NCBI GenBank assembly: GCA_012295275.1
Contig: CM022674.1
Coordinates: 2,170,001-2,234,000 of the forward strand
Source of the DNA: Chrysomallon squamiferum
Taxonomy: Eukaryota > Animalia > Mollusca
DNA length: 64,000 nucleotides
Direction: 5' to 3'
Shown here one piece after another: positions 1-12,060 of this stretch (its first letter is position 1; the number at the start of each line of letters is the position of its first letter). The position numbers and the translations under genes are program-made. The notes beneath the pieces are model-generated. The model had not been told where the DNA came from, made no database searches, and saw only the letters and a list, made by a program, of their open reading frames with translations.

Positions 1-85
1 TTTTAAATTTTTCTGTTTCTTTTTCTTTTATTATTTTTTTTTTTCCAGAGCCAAAATGGCAACTGAAAGCGATGTAGCATCATAA
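1..85 (+). other. Candidate splice acceptor plus short exon (possible terminal or 5' UTR exon of a gene outside the window)
   Basis: A pyrimidine tract of about 45 nt ends in TTTTCCAG at 48. It is followed by AGCCAAAATGGCAACTGAAAGCGATGTAGCATCATAA (AKMATESDVAS*, ATG at 56, stop 83-85). No homology recognised. Confidence 0.2.
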
Positions 86-139
86 TTTGTTGGTGTGGAA
101 CTTTCGTTAGTATGTCTTAAAGAGCTTTTAATTTAATTA

Positions 140-171
<32 letters not shown>

Positions 172-564
172 CCGTTTCTCGTATTTACTGTGTTTCTTTA
201 TTTCTTTGTTTCTGTTATATACATAAACTTGTTCATACAGACATACACAAAAATATAAATACAAATTTCATCACAGATATATATTAATACTCACATATAT
301 ACAGACATGTATTATTTATTTATTTTTGTTTTATTCTTGAATGTCATTTACAAATCGCTTTGAAAGGCTAACCTGAATTTGTGTTAATATGTTTCCAGAT
401 AGCTGTCTGGTTTTTGTTCCTGGCAAAATGTTCTTTCTTCCTTTCTGTTTATCTTTTAAAAATAACTCTACATATCCAGCAGATTCCAGGAATATGACGT
501 TTTATTGTCACTTACTGTCTGTGACGTCATCTTGCAGCAATTACAAACGCTAATTATTAAGAAC

Positions 565-617
<53 letters not shown>

Positions 618-1318
618 GAAGCAAACAATAACAAAAGAAAAGAAAAAAAAGAAAGAAAAAAATGAAAAAAAAAAGAAGCAATTAAGATGGTTCTTTCTGT
701 TTCGAAATCTAAAATTAATAATTTAACGTTTCTTTAACTTTATTTTGGCATTTTAATTGTCTGCCAGTTTGTCTCTCATTATTCACACTGCACTCTCTTT
801 TTGTGTGTGCGTGCGTTAAAAAAAATAAATAAAAGAAAATAAAACGTAAAAGAAAAGAAAAGAAAAAAAAAAAAAAACACAGCAAAAGAGAAAATTAAAT
901 GAAATAGAAATACACTGCAGAAAATGTATAATTAATTTCCTACAGGCATTTACTATCACATTCATTAAGGAAAAAAAAAAAAAAAAATAAAAAAGAAAGA
1001 AAGAAAGAAAGAAAAGGAAAGAAAGAAAGAAATAAAGAAAGAATGATAGAAAGGAAAAAGAAGATAAATATATAAATAAATAAAAGAAAAAACAAAAAAA
1101 AAAAAAAAAAAAATCCTCCCGAGCATGAAACTATTTCATCAACCCCCCAAAAAACACCCACCCCCCAAAAAAACGATTCCTTTTGTATGTAAACCCCCCT
1201 CACCCCCCTCCCTCCTCCCTCTCCTCCCACAGTCTTGAAACAAACACGCGGGAATAATGGATGAGCGGAAATATCGAACAGTTTTTATCATCAACAAAAC
1301 GATCTGGCGATTATTAAC

Positions 1319-1355
<37 letters not shown>

Positions 1356-2497
1356 TTAAACGAACAAGAACGCGACAGAAATCGCGAAACGAAGCCGGGG
1401 AGCCGTCCACGTGTTTGCACATTACCCGGCAGTGTTTGCGCAGCCGGAACAAGGAAAAAAGGAATACTGGGATACGGCCCGTGTTAACACAGCTGCCTCG
1501 TCAAATATTTCTCTCTATCTGATTAGCGGAATTTATTGAGTTTCGTCGGATATGATATCGATAAAAATGTGTGTATGATTCCGATATTAGACGAGCGCAG
1601 AAATTTCTCGATCGATCACTCACACGGGCTGACAAATACGTTGCCCGCGACTTAGTCGTAAAGCGGTTCATGCTGTCGTTGTCGAGGTTGGTGAGGTCGG
1701 TCTTGTTTGGCTCTGATAAGAAGATTACGAAGGGTTCTTATTTCTATCAGCTCCCCGTAGTCAGACAGAAGATAAATTCTTTTTGTAATCAATCTAGCGC
1801 AAATGGCGAAAACATTGGTCCAGCTGAAATTGCGACACTTTTTTTTTTTTTTTTTACAAGTGCTTTGCCGCGCGGGAATGAAAAACGAGGCAACTTTTTT
1901 TTTAACTTTCGTTTTCATCTTTAACTTATTCTTTTTTTTCCTTTTTTTTAAATTTTTTTTAACCCATATTGCCAGCAGTTTGTCTGAATAATGTCTGTTC
2001 CTTCTCTCTTGCTCATCTGTTTTACTAGTTATTTTTGTCTTATTCAAAAATAAAATAGAATTAAAACAACAATGTCAACAAACAAAAACAGAAGAAGTCC
2101 AAAAGTTTAGAAATAATGAATAGGAAAGAGAATAAAAAGAAAGAATGAAAGAAAAAAGTTAAAAATAAAATAATAATAAAAAATAAAAAATAAACAGAGT
2201 TTATCGTTTTATTTCTTTTACAGGAAACAAAAATTAAAAATTAAAAATATTCATCTTTCTGTGTGCATGTAATTCTATTTTTCAGTCTGTCTGGCTTTTA
2301 TGAAATATGTATGAATGAAAGTATATAATTATATATGTGTATATGTATCTGTATAAGTGTGTATATATATGTATGAGTCGTGTATTGTGAAGGAACACAG
2401 GCATGTGTACAGTTTTGAGCATATAATTACGACTGTGTGTTTGTGAAAACACTTAACAGTCTTTTATCATCAACAGCGATTTACCATGGAAAACGTA

Positions 2498-2961
2498 AAC
2501 AAGATACATCTACACTATGAACACGATACATCTACAGTATGAACAAGATACATCTACACTATGAACAAGATACATCTACACTATGAACAAGATACATCTA
2601 CAGTATGAACAAGATACATCTACACTATGAACAAGATACATCTACACAATGAACAAAATACATCTACACTATGAACACGATACATCTACACTATGAACAA
2701 GATACATCTACACTATGAACAAGATACATCTACACTATGAACACGACACATCTACACTATGAACACGATAGCTCTACAGAATGAACAAGATACATCTACA
2801 GTAAGAACAAGATACACCTACACTATGAACACGATACATCTACAATATGAACAAAATACATCTACATAAGAACAAGATACATCTACAGTAAGAACACGAT
2901 AGATCTACACTATGAACACGATAGATCTACACTATGAACACGATAGATCTACAGTATGAAC
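2498..2961 (+). repeat. Minisatellite, 22-bp unit AACAAGATACATCTACACTATG, about 21 head-to-tail copies
   Basis: Read directly: contiguous units with point variants (CAAG/CACG, CACT/CAGT, ATAC/ATAG) and no spacers. Confidence 0.95.
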
Positions 2962-3373
2962 CAGAAGCTGAAGCGACATTTGTTTTGCATACGCAGAGAC
3001 ACACAATACGTAAAATATTTAAAGAGAATCACTCGGGGCTAATTGCTTCAGCTGCTCCATCAAAATCAAATTAAGTCTTTCATTTCCTGGAGCTCTGGAA
3101 ACGGGCGAATCTCGTGCATTTTCGACGCCAGGTCTTTTTGAAAATGTGTGAATTGTCAATAAGAGATGAATAAACCATTGTTTATCTTGGAAGCAGGGTT
3201 AAAATTTTCATGACCCATGGGAATTCGAGTTATTGTTTTATGATGTTTTTTTTTTTTTTTGCCTTTGTTTGGTTGCTTGGCAAATATGTTTAAATTTTTT
3301 ATATTTGTTTGTTTTATATATATATATATATTTTTAAATCAATTAATTAATTAATGAATGAATGAGGTGTGTA

Positions 3374-3420
<47 letters not shown>

Positions 3421-4319
3421 AATCCTTTAGAAGTTTTACTGTTCACAAACTGTTTGTTTTCTGGTAACATCATATGAATTAAGCGCTGTTCTATATCTGA
3501 TTTTGTAATTTTGTTTTAACGACAACCACCGTCAATGTCGTCCTATTGACGGCGCCAATGTCGTCGCTACCCTATCTACGATTAATGTTAGTTGTATGCC
3601 GTTGCTGTTATTATTGCCACGTGTAGTAATCACCATGATGATAATGACGACGTTAGCAAAACATATCTATACATGCGTGTATGTTTGAGTGCATGACGGA
3701 GAAAGAGAAAGAGAAGAAAGAGAAAATATTAATTCAAAATCTGATTGATTGACTGATTGACTGAATCAGTGTGTTACTGATTGATTCAGCGACTAATTGA
3801 CTGTCTGTATGACTATCTATCTGATTGTGTGACCGACTGACTTAGTGAATGACTAACTAATTAAATAACTAGCTCATTAAACAACTAACAACAACAACAA
3901 CAAAATGCAAAGAAACAAAGAATAGTTTTAAAAAAATCAAGTAAAATCTAATTTTACAAAACAAACTGAATCAGGTCTCGAGAGCAATAAGACAAAGCGA
4001 TGAAGCAAAAAAAAAAAAATAACAAAAACAGAATGGCGACATTTCCAAAATACAAATTGACTGCTTTTCACCGAGTGCTGACATTAATCCCTACTTGTGA
4101 TTCCATGCACCGAACACAGAGAAGCGATTGAATGTCAGCCTGTCTATTTTACGTCACGGATTAACCACGTGACTGACGAATATCTGGGGATATTGATCAG
4201 ATCGAGAGCTATTAACGAAAACCTCTGCTGGTCTCGAAACGATTGGAATGCATTGTACGACACCTCTTAACATGCGATTAATTCGATAATAATTGACAAG
4301 AAGTAAAAAGAAAACTAAT

Positions 4320-4460
4320 TTGGTGATGGCGCGCGCGTGGATTGCCCGTGACAGGCGCGTGCTCCGGTGTAGCGATTCATCGCTCGCGGTCCGCGCAACC
4401 GGAAGAAAGAAATCGACCGGCCCCATTTCCTATTCCGTTCCGATTGTCAAGGAAGTAGTT
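4320..4460. promoter_or_regulatory. CpG-rich island with ETS-like sites (putative enhancer or promoter)
   Basis: Dense CpG (GGCGCGCGCGTGG, CGCTCGCGGTCCGCGC), ACCGGAAG and AGGAAGT motifs, and the imperfect palindrome AGCGAT-TC-ATCGCT in an AT-rich background. Confidence 0.35.
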
Positions 4461-4913
4461 CTTATTATTTTTTTCCACAACACAAAAAAAAAAAAAAAAA
4501 AAAAAAAACAAAAAAAAAATGTTCCTGGAAGAAAGGATTTTTGACAGCTTGTCTGAAATGTCATCTAGAATTTTTATGATTTCTGGCACAAAGCTTAATT
4601 CTTTTTTTTTTTTTTTTTTTTTGGATTTAGAAATGTAGATTGAATGTTTTTTGTACGTGATCTGTCTCGAGTTTTTCCGGAAGAACAAAAGAGAAAGGAA
4701 AGAAAAGAAAGCCGTATAAAAAGAAGTGAAAAGGGAGACAAAGAACAAAAAAATAAAAAAATAAAAAAATACTAATCAAATTTATTGGATTCGATTTATC
4801 TTGGAATTTTTTTTTTTTATCTTTTGAATTTTTTTTCCGTCTATTAAAAACGTATTAATGATATTAGTTAATTTAGTTTTGTTCTTAAATTAATATTAAC
4901 TTAAGATCAGTTA

Positions 4914-4917
<4 letters not shown>

Positions 4918-4992
<75 letters not shown>

Positions 4993-5273
4993 AGGAATAG
5001 TAGTAATAATAGCAATAGTAGTAATAACAGCAGTAGTAATAATTGTAGCAGTAGTAGTATTAACAGTTGTTGTTGTTGTAGTAGTAGCAGTAATAGTAAT
5101 GATAGTTCTAACAGAATTATTAATAGCATTAGTACTAGCAGTAGTAACAGTAGTGATACTAGTACTACTACTAATAACACAACGATTACTATTACTATTA
5201 CTGAAATACATTATCAAACTGGGCAACAGCAGTTGTAGTAATGATAGTAGTAGTAGTAGTAGTAGTAGTAGTA
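4918..5273 (+). repeat. Compound trinucleotide microsatellite (ATT)n/(AGT)n
   Basis: Read directly; source of the poly-I/L/T ORFs. Confidence 0.9.
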
Positions 5274-5912
5274 GCATTTTTTACCCCAAATATTTATATT
5301 TACTATGCTAAACCGTGCTTCATCAAAACACTATAAAGCCTTGAAAAATAGAAAAACTGAGTGGCATCGTTTATTATTTATTAACACATCTTATCTTTGA
5401 CAGATTTACAGGTCGTCTGTTTTTGAGCCGATAAACTTTATATTATTTATATATTTGCAAGTGTTTACAGTGAAGAAACTGCGCGATGTCGTGTTTATCA
5501 CACACAGACAGTTCCAAGCGAAGTATCAGAAATCAGCCAGTGTTGAATAAGACGCCCAGGTAAAATACGATGAATAATCTCCACTGGAGAGTTACCGCTC
5601 TTGTATTCCGATACAGAGTCGTCGTTATCCGAGGTATTAGTGAAGTGCTGTGTGTCTATTTGTCGGTTCGTGTGTCTTTATGTGACTTTCCGTCTGTCCT
5701 CGAACTTTATTTACGTAGATAGCTAGAAAAAGTTGTAGCCTGAAAGAAAACAGGTAGAGGGAATGATTTTCAAACAAATAGACAAATAGACAGTCAAAGA
5801 GACAGACAGACAGACTGACATACAGATAGAGTGACAAATGCATACTGACAGATAGACAGATATTGAGAGAAAAGATATATATATATATATATTGTATGTG
5901 TGTGTGTGTGTG

Positions 5913-5950
<38 letters not shown>

Positions 5951-6853
5951 CGAAGAGACGTTGACATGAGAAACTCATTATTTATTAATACTGCATAATT
6001 GTTTTTGAGTCATCTGCTGCAAAATTAAATCATGCTGTCAGGAGAACAAAGGTATTTGTAATGAAATATGCAGTATGTCCAACTTTTCAAAGACAAAACG
6101 TCATCAGCATTATCGGCAACGACAGTAACACCACGAACCTTCACAACACCGTCTATTACGTCAGTCAGTTTTAATATGAGTAATTAAATAAAGCGCATGC
6201 TTTTTTTTTTTTTTTGTTAATTAATTCTTTTATCTTTTTTTTTGTTCTGTGGTTCCGTCTCTCTTCTTCTTTTCTTTCTCTAGACATTTTTTTTTTTTTT
6301 TCTTTTTAGGATTTGTTTTTTTGCGAACAAGAAGATGATGATGGCGAAGAAGAAAAAGAGAAAGAAAGAAGAAGAAATAAGAAGAAGAAAGAAGAGAAAA
6401 ATGAAGATTTGTTTAAACCTAATAATTAATGGGTATTATATATATATCTATTAACAACAACTAAATCTGATACTAAATAAAGAAGAAGAAAAATAATAAT
6501 AACAATGACGCTAATACAAGACAGTGAAAGAAATACATTTATCATTGTAATAACCTTGTGATAGATATGTCGTAGTAAGGTTGTTGTGTTACTGACAATT
6601 GTTGTTTTTTTAATTTATTTTTTTATCAGTGATGGATGTCAGGAGTTTGGTGGGCATTCAGATAAGGTTACGAATAACGAACTAAGCAGTTTAACCCTTC
6701 GAGCATATCAGGTTAAATACCCGCCTCATCTACCCTAACAAAAACAACAGCAAAAAAAAAAAAAAGAAAAAAAGAAAAAAAACACCACAAAAAACCAAAA
6801 CAAATAAATAAACAACAATAATAATAAAATAAAAGAATAGAAAAAGACGAAAG

Positions 6854-6888
<35 letters not shown>

Positions 6889-7876
6889 TAAGTTGTCGCC
6901 CTTGAAATCCCCTCTCCAACACTGAAGGACAGCTGGGTTATTTCCGTCATGGCTGAGTTACGTAGAGTCGTTGATGGCTGATAATGATAGGTGTGGGCTA
7001 TCTCGGTATCGTCATCTCTTTTATGCCCACCCTTTTTTTTTTCTTTCTTTTGTCTAACGATTTTACGTGAATTCCTGTAAGAAATCCAGCTCCGAGTTAA
7101 ATGGGTTAGTTTCATTTCATCAGTCAACGATGACTGATAAAACACGTTTAGATCGCGTGTTTTGTTTCAGTTGTGATATCTGGTGGGTTTTTTGTTGTTT
7201 TTTTGATATTTCGATTAAAGAATATGCTATATCAAAAAAACAAAACAAAAAAAAACATATATATATATATAATAATGATAATTAAATAAAAAATAAATAT
7301 ATAAGAATAATACAAACTAATAAAATGAATAATAAGGAAAAAAGAAAAAAGAAAAGAAATGGAACTCTCTTAAATAAAAAGACAGAAAGATGCATAGTGA
7401 GACAGACAGAACAAAATAGCTGATAGAGAGGTAGATGATAGATACAGAGGTAGACAGAGAGACAGACAAACAGACAGACAGATAGATAGATAGACAGACA
7501 GATCTAGTAAGTAACCATATAAACACAGACGCACACACAGAAACACACTCTCTGTCACACACACATTTACCTGTGTTAAACTGTCAAATCCCTTTGACGT
7601 ATTGCATATGTGACTCCAAAGTTTGACGAAAATGTCAGCGTGACTGCCAGTTATCTTTAGAATCGTCTGCGACACTTATACATTATGTATAATGAATGGT
7701 ACAACAGACTGTACGTAAATGTCATATGACGTCTCGCAAATTAGGTATTGTGACGTCACAGACTTGCACTATTGAACGTCGTTTCTGTTTTCTTTAGCGA
7801 GTGAGCTGAAGAGATTTCGGTGATATCGTTGTGCGAAAACTAACATTTGAAAGTAAATATATTAACCGTTTATGAC

Positions 7877-8110
7877 AATACAACTACTACAACCACCACC
7901 ACCACCACTCTACTACTACCACAGCTACTACTGCTACTAGTACTGCTGCTGCTGCTGCTACTACTACTACTACTACTATTACCACCACATCACTACTCTA
8001 CTGCTACTGCTACTACTACTACTACTACTAAAACTACTACTACTGCTGCTGCTACTACTACTGCTACTACTACTACTACTACTACTATTACTACAACTAA
8101 TAATAATAAT
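7877..8110 (+). repeat. Compound trinucleotide microsatellite (ACT/ACC/GCT)n
   Basis: Read directly. Confidence 0.9.
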
Positions 8111-8719
8111 AAGAACAACAAAAATAAATATTTTTACTGTCGAAATTATTTAGCACTATCCAGAAAACCCAATTTTGTAAATATAAACAAAATATGATAT
8201 AAACAGCCAATAAGTAGAACAACATACAGCACAATCGACCTATTTCTAAAATACATATTTAATTAACTAATTCACAAATTTACACATACATTAAGCCATC
8301 GATCGATCCATCTTTCCATTCATCCATCCGTACGTATTTCCAAACCTGCGTCTATCTGTTCATCCGTCCTTTTGCTCATTCGTAATTAATTAATTAATTA
8401 AACAATTAATTCACACATTCATCCCATTATCTGTCCATCGACCTTTCATTCATTCATCCATTCCTTCATTCATTCTTTCGTTCCTTCCATCCTTCATTCA
8501 TCCGTTCGTCCATCCATTCCATCAAAGGATGTGTTTAACGACGACGAAATTAGCATCAGCAAATCATGTCTATTTTCACAAATATTCATACACTACACGC
8601 TAAAAAAAAAAAAAAAAAAAACCCACCCGAAAATACATTTCTTTCCACGCTGTCCACCCTTAAACCTGGTCAGTTTCTCTCTCTTTTTTTTTTTTTTTTT
8701 TTTACCGAAAACCAGATAA

Positions 8720-9060
8720 TTGGCACTTCGCCGGTTATTAACACGGACATCAACACGAGTAATAAATAATATTGCCTTCGATATGATTCAATTACCCCCG
8801 GTACTAATCAAACGGAAATCTGTAACGCGATTAATTCCTAATCACGCCGTATTATTATTATATAGCCGGCGCTCATCATAATATTTCATCAAATTCATAT
8901 CGGCTTCGAAAAACTCAATTACGTGTCGCTATTGACGGCGTATAAATAACGGAACTGTCATCGTAAAGAAAGACGTACACACGGACACGCTGCAGATCGT
9001 TAATTGTTTACAACCAGGATGACTTTGTAATAAAATTATATCGCGCCGGATTTTGCAGAG
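8720..9060. promoter_or_regulatory. Unique CpG-containing island rich in TAAT/ATTA homeodomain cores (putative enhancer)
   Basis: Many TAAT/ATTA/TAATC cores interleaved with CpG words (GCGATTAATTCCTAATCACGCCG), flanked by simple repeats. Function is inferred. Confidence 0.3.
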
Positions 9061-9579
9061 AGAGAGAGAGAGAGAGAGTGTGTATGTGGATGTGTGTGTT
9101 TGTAGAAATTAATATAGTGGACGAGGTAAAGACGCAATCACACGAAACCATTTTTGCTAACGATCTTCGCCCCGTTGATTAATCGTACATGTTAAATGTT
9201 TGATGTTCTGGCTGGATATAATAATATTTCGTGTAGAAAATAATCGATTTTCAAAATACGTGTGAAAGGTTTGAGATTGTAAATTATCAACATTATTATT
9301 ATTATAATATGATTGTGTATACGCATATAGGTACATGCGTTAATTCACGTGTACGTAGTTGTATTATACGCATGTATATAGACGCACACATTTGCCTACA
9401 GATGTACATATGTACTGCGGATTGATCGTCTGATCTGTTGGTTCCTGATTCGAGCAAATCAACCGATATAAACTTGACTGACTGTTACGATTCTGTATGC
9501 GTGAAACTTTTCTTGCTATGAGTCACGTGTTAGTTGTTTACGCTGCACGATTTCTGGATATACGTTTTCTAAACCCTTC

Positions 9580-9581
9580 AA

Positions 9582-9612
<31 letters not shown>

Positions 9613-9913
9613 AATAAAAAAAAAAAATAAATAAAAATAATAAACAAATAAAATAAAATAAAAATAAAATAAATAAATACAAATAATAAAAATAAATAAA
9701 TAAATAAAATAATACAAACAAACAAACAAATAAATAAATAAACAAATAAATAAATACGTAAATAAATACATAAATAAATAAGGTAATTTAAAAAAAAAAG
9801 CAAATAAATACATAAATAAATAAATAAATAAAAAAATAAAAAAAAAAATAAATAAATAAATAAATAAATAAAAAAAAAAAAAAAAAAAAAAAAAATTAAC
9901 AAAAAATAAATAA
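9580..9913 (+). repeat. (AAAT)n / A-rich low-complexity tract
   Basis: Read directly; source of the YLFI-repeat ORFs. Confidence 0.9.
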
Positions 9914-10640
9914 ACAGAAAAAAACACGTAAACACTGGTATATTCAAAGAGATAAGAAAGTGACATTGAAAGCGATTTATCAAGTGAAAAATGAAAAAAT
10001 GTCTGCAAAACCAAGAAATGATAAAACAGCGTGAACGAACATTCCTTGTATTCTCAACAATTTTATTACGAAGCCACAAATTCAACATAATCATTTCCAA
10101 CGAGTGCTTCACTTACTTATCAAGTTATTGCTGAATCAGACTAAAAAAAAAAGTGTATGTACCTAATTTAATCATGTTCTTATGAATTTAGCTATTTCAG
10201 TAATCGATCCAAACAAAACAATGACTCAGAGAGAGAGCTTCTTGTCGAGTTTTGGGTATTAGAGCGAGTGTAGATATATTCGTAATTTTGTTACGATAAT
10301 GTGATCTGTGTATTAGCTCTTCAATCGAGTTTTAGCATCAGAGGATCACATACAGTGGTTTTGTTTTAACAATATGATTACAATGTTATGTGATTTGATA
10401 ATGCTAGAAAAAACGAAAAAAAAAAACATAACTGTTTGAAGTGTGGGTAAGTGACGTGAATTTTACTAAAACAGACGAACCCCTACACATCCAGTTATGT
10501 AATCATAAAACACAACGATAAAGACGATGAAAAATAAATATATAAAAATAAAATAAAATAAAATAAAATAAAATAAAATAAAAAATAAATAAATCGCCGT
10601 CTTTTGAGACGTATTTTATCTAAACAAATCAGATGACCGC

Positions 10641-10676
10641 GAATGACGTCACAATGGAATGACGTCATAATGGAAT
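10641..10676. promoter_or_regulatory. Tandem 16-bp duplication carrying two full CRE palindromes (TGACGTCA at 10644 and 10660)
   Basis: The sequence reads GAATGACGTCACAATG GAATGACGTCATAATG GAAT. TGACGTCA is the established CREB/ATF site. Confidence 0.45.
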
Positions 10677-10956
10677 AATCGTTTAAACTTTCCTAGAGAG
10701 ACGTGATGCACTCAAAGACGGCAACAAGAACAACAACAACCACTGCAGCACAGTATGCACAACCCTAAGGTTAGTGTATCCATATTTGTTTTTTGATTTT
10801 ATTTATTTATTTTATTCTTTTTTTCCCCTCTTTTCTGAGTTCTCTTTTTCTCAATTGTCTATTTTTCTATACTGATTCATTTATTCATTTTATTTATTTA
10901 TTAATTTAATTATTTTTGTTTTTGTCGTTGTCGTTATTATTATTATTATTAGTAGC

Positions 10957-10993
<37 letters not shown>

Positions 10994-11166
10994 TGAGTTG
11001 CAGCTGTAGCGGTAATAGTAGCGGTAGTAGTAGTTATAATAATAGTAACATTTGCTAATTTTTTTGCAGAGCAGCAGTATAATAATAATAGTTGTAGTAG
11101 CTGGTATGTTCGTAATAGTATTGTAGTAGCAGTAGTGATAGCCATATCTGTTGTCAAGATAATCGT

Positions 11167-11167
11167 T

Positions 11168-11260
<93 letters not shown>

Positions 11261-11289
11261 ATTATTATTATTATTATTATTATCATTAC

Positions 11290-11322
<33 letters not shown>

Positions 11323-11328
11323 CATTAC

Positions 11329-11373
<45 letters not shown>
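11167..11373 (+). repeat. (ATC)n/(ATT)n microsatellite
   Basis: Read directly. Confidence 0.9.
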
Positions 11374-11374
<1 letters not shown>

Positions 11375-11764
11375 TATCTATTATCCCAAGATGCAGACAC
11401 ATAACTAATTCCCAGGAAAGATTAAAGAAACACACTAAGCCTAACCTTGAAATCCTGAAATTAAGCTAGATCTATGATTGTGTCAGATTAAGCATAGCAC
11501 ATGCATAATGTGTGTTAATTAACTTATTGTTGCTCATATAAATTAAACTCCAAAAGTCTCAAATTTTAATGGAAATGAAAAATATTAATTTCCGTGTCAA
11601 ATATCCGGCAAGGCTATTTAATATAGGAGGAAATTAAATTTTGTTTATTATTTTAAAAATAGACGTATCTGTTATAGTTAAATTTACAGCACAAAGTAAT
11701 TTTATTTTGGAGTAAGAAGTATTTTGTTTAACTAATTTTGAGACATAAAAAAATAAGAAAAAAT

Positions 11765-11807
11765 AATGACGATGATGATACTACTACTACTACTACTACT
11801 ACTAATG

Positions 11808-11896
<89 letters not shown>

Positions 11897-12060
11897 AAGA
11901 AGAAGAAGAAGAAGAAAGAAAAAAAAAAAATTACTTCCACCATGTCAATAAATAACATCGTACTATTACAACAACAAATACTACTACTACTACTGTTACT
12001 GCTGCTACTACAACTACTACTACTACTACTACTACTACTAATAATAATAATAAAAATAAG
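11765..12060 (+). repeat. Compound microsatellite (GAT)(ACT)(AAT)(AAG)(ACT)
   Basis: Read directly. Confidence 0.9.

Noticed and set aside
1257-1924. ORFs of 76 and 117 aa with non-repetitive parts
   Set aside because: No recognisable domain, they run through (GA)n or poly-T tracts, and no convincing splice pair is present. The region looks regulatory.
2498-2961. CRISPR-like array
   Set aside because: The units are contiguous with no unique spacers, there are no cas genes, and the context is eukaryotic.
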